DNA of 64,000 bases. It comes from Verrucomicrobiota bacterium (lineage in GTDB: Bacteria > Verrucomicrobiota > Verrucomicrobiia > Limisphaerales > JAFGQR01). The translations under genes were made by a program, and so were the position numbers. Shown here in pieces: positions 53,401-59,378 of this stretch (positions are counted from its first letter, which is position 1; every line of letters starts with the position of its first letter). Location: NCBI GenBank assembly GCA_016935555.1, contig JAFGQR010000138.1, positions 21,888-85,887 on the forward strand. The letters run 5' to 3'. The notes under the pieces were generated by a model. It was not told the DNA's origin and did not search any database. It saw nothing but the letters and a program-made list of their open reading frames with translations.

Positions 53401-56400
53401 CACCGCATTGCCGGTGTGGGCCCGCGTCAAGCGCACCGGGACCACGTACGAGTTTTTCTACTCGCGTGACGGCGTGACTTGGCAGGGGATCGGAAACACG
53501 CCGGCGTATGACCGTCCGGAACTGGCGGGACCGGTGCTCGTGGGCCCGGGCACCACGTCGCACAGCGCGGGCAACCTGACGACCGTCGATTACGAGGAAT
53601 ACGGCGACACCGTGACTTACCCCGACGCCACCCTGACCTGCACCGGCCTGAGCGATCTCACCGTGCCGGAGAATGCCTTGCGCACACTGACCGTCACCAC
53701 CACGCTCTCCGGAGCGCCGGAGGGCCTGCTGCAATACCGGTGGTACACCGCCCCGCCCGGATCGGATTGCTTCGCCCTCCTCGATAACGCCTACGGGCCC
53801 AGCCTGACCCTGCGTCCCCTGACCCTCGCCGACAGTGGCACCCGGATCAAGGCCGTGGCCTCCGTGCCGGGCCAAAGCGCCTTGTGCGGCCCCGTCACCA
53901 TCACGGTGGTTGACGACCAGAATCCGCCGCTGGCCCTGGGCGCGTCCGCCACGCTGGGCATGGACCAGGTCCTCGTCCAGTTCAACGAACTCATCGACGA
54001 AGGCACCGCAAACGACTTTTTCAATTACGACCTGCCCGACAATTCCGTCGTCAACGCGCGTCTTAACCCGGACGGCACCAGCGTCACGGTGGACCTCCAG
54101 GATGCGCTTGCCTCGGGCCAATCCTACTGTCTGCTCATTCAAGGCATCGCCGACCTCGCAGGCAACGTGATCGAAACCACCAACCTCTGCTTCCAAAGCT
54201 TGGTCGTCACCTGCGGTGGCGCCCTGATGGAAGTCTACCTGAATGTCCCCAATGGCGACATCCCCAGCCTCACCACATCGCCCAATTTCCCCAACAACCC
54301 CGATGTCGCGGAAATTGCGCCCTCGCTCGAATTGCCGCGGAGCTTCGGCGACAATTACGGCGTGCGCTTCACCGGCTGGCTCCTGCCGCCCGTGACCGGC
54401 GCCTACCACTTCGCCATCTCTTCGGATGACAACTCCGAGTTCTGGCTCAGCACCGACGCCCAGCCGCTCAACAAGCAGCTCATCGCCAGCGAGCCCCAGT
54501 GGAACAACGCCCGCGATTGGACCGGCACCGACCGGCGCACCGCCGGCGCGCCCGAAAACCAATCCGCCACCCTCTTCCCCGACGGCATCCCGCTCGTCGC
54601 CGGCAACCAATATTACTTCGAACTGATCATGAATGAAGGCACCGGCGGCGACAATGTGGCCGTGACCTGGCAAATCCCCGGCACCCCGCCCATCGCCAAC
54701 GGGGTCAGCGTCCCGATCGGCGGCGGCTACCTCGCCACGGCCGCCGACCCGACAGGCTCCGCCATCACCATCACCGCCCAACCGCAGGACACCTCCGTCC
54801 AAGCCTTCACCCCGGCCGCCTTCACCGTCGCCGCCACAGCCTTGAATGCCGGCCAGGACACCCCCGTGTTCTACCAGTGGCAGAAGGACGACGGCACCGG
54901 CAACTTCGTCAATATCCCGGGCGCCGACGCGGCCACCTATCAGTTCCTTGTCGACCAGTGCCAGGGCAGCGCCGTCTACCGCGCCCGACTCTGCGCGGCG
55001 GGCTCCGAGCCCGTCTTCAGCCAGACCGCCACCCTGACCATCCTGCCTGACGTCGCGCCTCCCGTGGCGGTCAGCGCCCAACGCAACAGCCAGGATCGAT
55101 CCCGGATTCTCGTCGTCTTCGACCGGATAGTCGATCCGAACTCCGCAACGGATCCGTTCCACTACCTGCTTAACAACGGCGTCACCGTCACGACCGCCAG
55201 CCTCGGCGCCGACGGCAGCCGCGTCACCCTCACCGTCGACACCGAGTTGCAGGATTTCCCGTGCAACAACTACGTCCTGCGGGTGGTCGGCGTGAACAAC
55301 GCGTGCCTCGCTGCTGCCAGCGACTCGGCCGTGGAAATCTACCTCGAGGCCCCGCTCACCCTCGACTCCCCCGCCATCGTGACCGTCGTCGAAACCGGCG
55401 GCGACAACGAGGCGACCGACACGGTCACTGCCAAGTGGACCGGGGTGACCTTTACCAGCGGCGTGGCCAATGAACCCATCAACGGCACGGCCGCCACGGC
55501 GCCCTATACCGTGGGCTACTTCGGCGACATGGCCCCGGCGTTCGTGGACCGCAGGCACGCCTTCTTCGCGGCCTCGGCCACGGTGCCCATCCCCGCCTAC
55601 CTGATCAACCAGGAATACATCATGTGCGGCAACGACAACCGCGACAACGCCAGCTACCTGCTCGATGTCACGGTCAGCAAACCGGTGACCGCCTACATGC
55701 TGATCGACAACCGGCTGGCGGACGGCAACCTCGATGACCCGCCCACCTTCGATGCCACCCACATGCAGTGGATGCTGGACGAAGGCTGGGCTCCCGTCCA
55801 AACCGGCAATAACCGCAACGCCAACCCCAACGCGCCGGATGAAGTGGGCATCGACGAAAGTGCCGACGGCGACCTCGAGGGGTGGTATTCGGTCTACTCC
55901 AAGGCGTTCCCCGCCGGCACCTTCCAGATCAAGCAGGCCGACAACGCCGGCCGAAACATGTACGGCGTCGTCGTCGGCCGCCAAATCGGCCTGCGCCTCA
56001 TCCAGAACGTCGTGGAAATCGGCGGCGACAACGAAGCCACCGACACCGTCAAGGCCCAATGGACCGGGCGCACCTTCGTCAACAACGTCGCCAACGAGCC
56101 GATCAAGAACACCCCCGCCGGCGCCCCCTATACGGTCGGTTACTTCGGCTACAAGGCGCCAGCTTACGTCGACCGCAACCATGCCTATTATGCGGCCGAC
56201 GGCCCGCTGCCCATCCCCGGCTACCTTCTCAACCAGGAATACATCATGGCCGGCAACGACAACAAGGATAACACCGGCTACCAGCTGGATATCACCGTCA
56301 GCGCCCCCGCCAGGGTCTACTTCCTCTATGACCAGCGCAATACCCTGCCCGCATGGATCAGCAGCGAGGGATTCCAACCCGTCCAAACCGGCGCGAATCG

Positions 56401-59017
56401 CACCGCCGACAAGAACATCCCCGACGAAGTCGGCATCGATGAAAGCGCCGACGGCTCGATCAACCAGCGGTTCAACATCTATTCCAAGGTTTACCCCGTT
56501 GGCACCTTCTCCATTTACGCGCAAGCCGCCGGCGGCAACATGTACGGCGTCGTCATCGCCCGCGGCCCGACCATTGGCAATATCGTCGAGTCCGGCGGCG
56601 ACAATGAAGCCACCGATACCATCACCGCCAAATGGACGGGCGTCACCTGGAACACCACCATCGCCAACGAGCCGATGCTCAATACCCCGGCCGGGACGCC
56701 TTACACGGTGCCCGTCTTTGACAATCTGGCTCCGGCCTTCGTGGACCGGGCTCACCGGTATTATGTGAACCTGCCCAATGTGCCCATCCCGCCCTACCTG
56801 GTCGGCCGCGAGTACATCATGACCGGCAACGACAACCGCGACAACGCCAGCTACGTCCTGAATGTCACCCTCAATTCCGCGGCGACTGTCTACATGCTGA
56901 TCGACAACCGGCTCTCCGATGGCGACAACGCAACCCCGCCCACCTTCGACGCCTCGCACATGCAGTGGATCGTGGACGAGGGCTGGGAGGCGGTCATCAC
57001 CGGCAATAACCGCAATGCCAGCATGTCCGTTCCCGACGAAGTCGCCTTCGACGAAAGCGCCGATAATACCATCGAGCAGTATTATTCGGTCTACGCGAAG
57101 ACCTTCCCCGCCGGCACGTGCGTGCTCAAGCAGGCCGATAACTCCGGCCGCAACATGTACGGCGTCGTCGTCGCGGGAATCACCCTCGGCAACGCGGTCC
57201 AGAATAACCCGCCCACCTTCGATCTCGCGATGACCACCGTCGAGTCGCTGCGCAATGGCGGTCCTCAAAGCCTGCCCATCGCGGTCAACATCAGCGCCGG
57301 ACCGCCCAGCGAGTCCGCCCAGAACATCACCGGGTTCGACATTGTGGCCAACGACAACCCGGACCTGTTCACCTCACTGGCCATTGCCCCCGACGGCACA
57401 CTCACTTACGAGGCCGTGCCCGATCGATGCGGCCTGGCCAACCTCACCATCGTCGCCCATGACGATGGCGGCGCCGCCCTCGATCCGCAATGCCCGGGGG
57501 ATACCTCGCTCCCGGCCAGCTTCAGCATCTGGATCTACGACGTGAACAGCTGCCCGGTCGCCCTCGACCAGCAACTGGCCCTCGACGAGGATACCACCCT
57601 GCCGGTCGTCCTCACCGCGGACGACCCCGACCTCCTCAGCGGCTGCGGTCCGGCCGTGCTCACCTTCGAAGTGGTCACTCCCCCGGCCTTCGGCACCCTC
57701 TCGGGCACCCCGCCGGAACTCGTCTATACGCCGGAACCCAACTTCTGCGGCACGGACACCTTCACCTTCACGGTGAGTGATGGCGAATGCGCCGCAGCCA
57801 CACCGGGCGTCGTCACCCTCGAGGTCGCCCCCGCGCCGGATTGCCCCGTGCCCCTCGATCAGCACCTGACCGTGCCCCGCGGCTCCGCCACCCCGATCAC
57901 CCTCCAGGCCACCGACCCCGATGCCATCTGCGAACCGGTCGCGCTCTCCTTTTGGGTGATCCCGCCCTCCCACGGCATCTTGCGCGGCACGGGCGCCGAC
58001 CTCACCTACACCCCGGCGCCTGATTACTGCGGAGCCGACAGCTTCCTGTTCCTGGTCTGCGACGGCGTCTGCTTCATGCGGGGCGTGGTGACCCTCGAGA
58101 TCTCGGGCGGCAATCTCTGCCCGGTCGCCAATCCCCAGACCGTCACCACCCCGGAGAACACGCCCGTGTCCATCCTGCTGACCGGCACCGACCCGGATGA
58201 GGGCGGCTGCGGCCGTCCGATCGAAGGTTACGCGGTCGCCCAGCAGCCGGCCCACGGCACCCTGAGCGGCACCCCGCCCGCCCTCACCTACACCCCCGCC
58301 GCCGACTTCAACGGCTGCGACGCCTTCACCTTCACCGCCACCGACGGCGAATGCGTCTCCGAGCCCGCCACGGTACGGATCGAGATCACCGCCGACAATG
58401 ATGTGCCCGTCTGCCGCATCGTCGTCGGCCCGCTGCTCCAACTCACCCCCGACGCCGTCGGCAACCTCGTCCTGGCTTGCGACAACCTCGCCGCCCAGGT
58501 CGTGCTCGACGCCACCCTGAGCACCGACCCCGAAAACGATGCCCTGACCTACGTGTGGATGGTCGATGGCCAGCCCGTCGGCACCGACGCGCTCCAAACT
58601 GCCACCCTCGAGGTCGGCACCCACGAGATCACCCTCGTCGTGAACGACAACGCCGCGGTCGGCGCCGGCTCCAGCACCTGCACCCTCACCGTCTCGGTCG
58701 TCGACGGCTGCGAGGCCGTTGAGGAACTCATGCTGCTCGTCGAACAGAGCGACATCGCCCGGAAGTTGAAGCAAACCTTCCACAGGGAACTCAGGGAAGC
58801 CTGCGCCCAGTTCGCCCACGGCCGCTGCGCCGAAGGCCTCCAACACCTGATGGCCCTCCAGGATAAAATCCGCCACTACGACGAATATTACCTCGGCCTC
58901 GGCAACAAGAACCCGAACGCCAAGAAATTCATCGACCACGAAACCGCCCTGCGCTTGATCGATGCCATCCAGGCCTTGATCGACGCCTACGAAGCCTGCG
59001 GCTGCACCGACGCGTAA
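50426..59017 (+). CDS. Giant secreted mosaic protein (about 2,863 aa): signal peptide, LamG/concanavalin-like region, alpha/beta domain, Ig (I-set-like) domains, SbsA-Ig/Big_5-like domains, DUF1349/concanavalin-like domain, PA14 domain, 3 x unassigned ~195-aa repeat, 4-5 cadherin-like/Ig repeats, PKD-like domain, helical Cys-containing tail
   Basis: Internal ATG with signal peptide MKTSFNHSILTSFLALLGVTLFGLWPDSAQA. I-set-like QPQNLTVTESEPATFSVTV..QWFFNGAEIPGANSDTYTIPHTTQADAGQYYVTVTN (about 52215-52455). ADGADIWGTADQFNFVY..WSKAALMAR (about 53040-53600). PA14-like DNYGVRFTGWLLPPVTGAYHFAISSDDNSEFWL..NQYYFELIMNEGTGGDN (about 54215-54690). Cadherin-like CPVALDQ..DEDT..L.ADDPD..FGTLSGTPPELVYTPEPNFCGTDTFTF (57190-58395). 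DPENDALTYVWMVDG (58395-58700). Confidence 0.85.
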   Translation: MKTSFNHSILTSFLALLGVTLFGLWPDSAQAGIAYLEPAGGWQYVYTGDQASGAARRQNQPALDGTWRHENGSDEWNGDVRGAANSPPGGVEANSADGVNYLTIEDAVTSTSGSLNNRKVYFTHSLTQEGIADLNLLDAGVTLSFRARLTPSDGKEEIALPNGYGIFSGGKGQFGVRQSSPSSIVSFSLVRDTEDGDSSNTLLFPHAGLTMNGNVGDAPDSSGTINAGANSRTSAALNPNTLAVDPTGWHEFWITIQANDATAGNGTHTVNVYVDGSTTPQTFNVTAATGNDTDTTLTPNWTDYICLGSGNSPTVGAFDTDFFAYKAGVHVPTVQKVAIAWVSFHPADETPSANAAAAGFTEAPDAGYTRLLEQNGFEVTRILSSATPDAALLNTFDLVIIGRSVPSGNYQGAGATAWNSITAPMMVMGGYTMRNSRMGYTTGATIPDTATPISLTVNDPTHPIFAGIPLDAGNTMVNLYAGIATFLGTTERGISVNTDPVAGGGTVLATVATAGDPAFGGLVIGEWAAGAVMANTAADVLAGPRLAFLSGSREHSGLTSEGAGIYDLEPDGAQMFLRAVQYMTGTLPADVNNTLGDQPQNLTVTESEPATFSVTVTGGPVPYGFQWFFNGAEIPGANSDTYTIPHTTQADAGQYYVTVTNRAGGRVVSSVATLTVLEDLTAPTVVSATGDETLERVILVFSEAINPGAATDLFNYAIIGLTIDPAIEFDGDRTVVLKTSHQAYSTEYTVEIFNIPDLAGNTVADPTTITFTSTAATPPQVVGVASVGGDQVDVEFNEAVNPDNAGDPFNWSVSDVCGDKTIVAVTNYGPARASLILDPATPVTGTFTVTVRDVTDLAGTAMPETTVTGTRWASYAAAIGGASPTGARFAGQPGSIQVQADGADIWGTADQFNFVYDLETADFDKKMKVTRLDPTDQWSKAALMARLSLDAGSPNTAAIVTSPQGVNVFNVQWRLALAASSSSLDSAQRPPITALPVWARVKRTGTTYEFFYSRDGVTWQGIGNTPAYDRPELAGPVLVGPGTTSHSAGNLTTVDYEEYGDTVTYPDATLTCTGLSDLTVPENALRTLTVTTTLSGAPEGLLQYRWYTAPPGSDCFALLDNAYGPSLTLRPLTLADSGTRIKAVASVPGQSALCGPVTITVVDDQNPPLALGASATLGMDQVLVQFNELIDEGTANDFFNYDLPDNSVVNARLNPDGTSVTVDLQDALASGQSYCLLIQGIADLAGNVIETTNLCFQSLVVTCGGALMEVYLNVPNGDIPSLTTSPNFPNNPDVAEIAPSLELPRSFGDNYGVRFTGWLLPPVTGAYHFAISSDDNSEFWLSTDAQPLNKQLIASEPQWNNARDWTGTDRRTAGAPENQSATLFPDGIPLVAGNQYYFELIMNEGTGGDNVAVTWQIPGTPPIANGVSVPIGGGYLATAADPTGSAITITAQPQDTSVQAFTPAAFTVAATALNAGQDTPVFYQWQKDDGTGNFVNIPGADAATYQFLVDQCQGSAVYRARLCAAGSEPVFSQTATLTILPDVAPPVAVSAQRNSQDRSRILVVFDRIVDPNSATDPFHYLLNNGVTVTTASLGADGSRVTLTVDTELQDFPCNNYVLRVVGVNNACLAAASDSAVEIYLEAPLTLDSPAIVTVVETGGDNEATDTVTAKWTGVTFTSGVANEPINGTAATAPYTVGYFGDMAPAFVDRRHAFFAASATVPIPAYLINQEYIMCGNDNRDNASYLLDVTVSKPVTAYMLIDNRLADGNLDDPPTFDATHMQWMLDEGWAPVQTGNNRNANPNAPDEVGIDESADGDLEGWYSVYSKAFPAGTFQIKQADNAGRNMYGVVVGRQIGLRLIQNVVEIGGDNEATDTVKAQWTGRTFVNNVANEPIKNTPAGAPYTVGYFGYKAPAYVDRNHAYYAADGPLPIPGYLLNQEYIMAGNDNKDNTGYQLDITVSAPARVYFLYDQRNTLPAWISSEGFQPVQTGANRTADKNIPDEVGIDESADGSINQRFNIYSKVYPVGTFSIYAQAAGGNMYGVVIARGPTIGNIVESGGDNEATDTITAKWTGVTWNTTIANEPMLNTPAGTPYTVPVFDNLAPAFVDRAHRYYVNLPNVPIPPYLVGREYIMTGNDNRDNASYVLNVTLNSAATVYMLIDNRLSDGDNATPPTFDASHMQWIVDEGWEAVITGNNRNASMSVPDEVAFDESADNTIEQYYSVYAKTFPAGTCVLKQADNSGRNMYGVVVAGITLGNAVQNNPPTFDLAMTTVESLRNGGPQSLPIAVNISAGPPSESAQNITGFDIVANDNPDLFTSLAIAPDGTLTYEAVPDRCGLANLTIVAHDDGGAALDPQCPGDTSLPASFSIWIYDVNSCPVALDQQLALDEDTTLPVVLTADDPDLLSGCGPAVLTFEVVTPPAFGTLSGTPPELVYTPEPNFCGTDTFTFTVSDGECAAATPGVVTLEVAPAPDCPVPLDQHLTVPRGSATPITLQATDPDAICEPVALSFWVIPPSHGILRGTGADLTYTPAPDYCGADSFLFLVCDGVCFMRGVVTLEISGGNLCPVANPQTVTTPENTPVSILLTGTDPDEGGCGRPIEGYAVAQQPAHGTLSGTPPALTYTPAADFNGCDAFTFTATDGECVSEPATVRIEITADNDVPVCRIVVGPLLQLTPDAVGNLVLACDNLAAQVVLDATLSTDPENDALTYVWMVDGQPVGTDALQTATLEVGTHEITLVVNDNAAVGAGSSTCTLTVSVVDGCEAVEELMLLVEQSDIARKLKQTFHRELREACAQFAHGRCAEGLQHLMALQDKIRHYDEYYLGLGNKNPNAKKFIDHETALRLIDAIQALIDAYEACGCTDA
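55381..57175 (+). repeat. Intragenic array: three tandem ~195-aa repeats of an unassigned domain
   Basis: Units are at about 55381-55978, 56008-56560 and 56578-57175. Shared blocks: VE-x-GGDNEATDT-[VI]-x-A-[KQ]-WTG, ANEP, PYTV, AP-A-[FY]-VDR-x-H, PIP-x-YL, EYIM-x-GNDN-[RK]-DN, PDEV-[GA]-[IF]-DESAD, and [GR]-[GR]-NMYGVV-[VI]. Confidence 0.8.
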
Positions 59018-59029
59018 CAACAACAACCT

Positions 59030-59064
59030 GCATTTCTCACCGCGCGGTGAGAAATGCGGGCTAG
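59030..59064. repeat. Palindromic repeat family 1, copy C, 13 nt after the stop of the second giant gene
   Basis: GCATTTCTCAC (59030-59040), loop cgcgcg, then GTGAGAAATGC (59047-59057), followed by GGGCTAG. An 11-bp perfect stem with no T-tract after it. Confidence 0.8.
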
Positions 59065-59120
59065 CGCGCCCGCCGCACGCCGGCCCTCATGGGCTGAGCC
59101 GCCAGCTTGAGGCACGCCCG

Positions 59121-59149
59121 CACACCGGGAGCACCACGCTCCCGGTGTG
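59121..59149. other. Perfect 12-bp stem hairpin CACACCGGGAGC-accac-GCTCCCGGTGTG in the spacer between the giant gene and the RPH-like gene
   Basis: Read directly from the sequence, 230 nt upstream of ATG 59379. No T-tract follows. Function unknown. Confidence 0.6.
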
Positions 59150-59378
59150 TGCCAACCCCCCGGTGCCCCGGGCCCGGGAGTTCACCGCCAACAACGGCAA
59201 CACACCCAACGCCGGGCATCGCGACACCGGGCAAGGCGCACCGCCGAACCCCACGGCACACCACAGTGCCTCCAACGGGCAGCGACCACAGAGCGCCCTC
59301 GGAATGCACAGCCTGCGCCCCGCCGGGGTTTCTTATGGCTCGCGCCCATGCCGTTGCCGGTGACATGATCCGCGCCCG

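Noticed and set aside
51020-57268. 2,082-aa minus-strand ORF inside the second giant gene
   Set aside because: Same reasoning: it is an antisense shadow of a plus-strand gene with clear Ig, PA14 and cadherin-like domains, and it has no recognisable motifs of its own.
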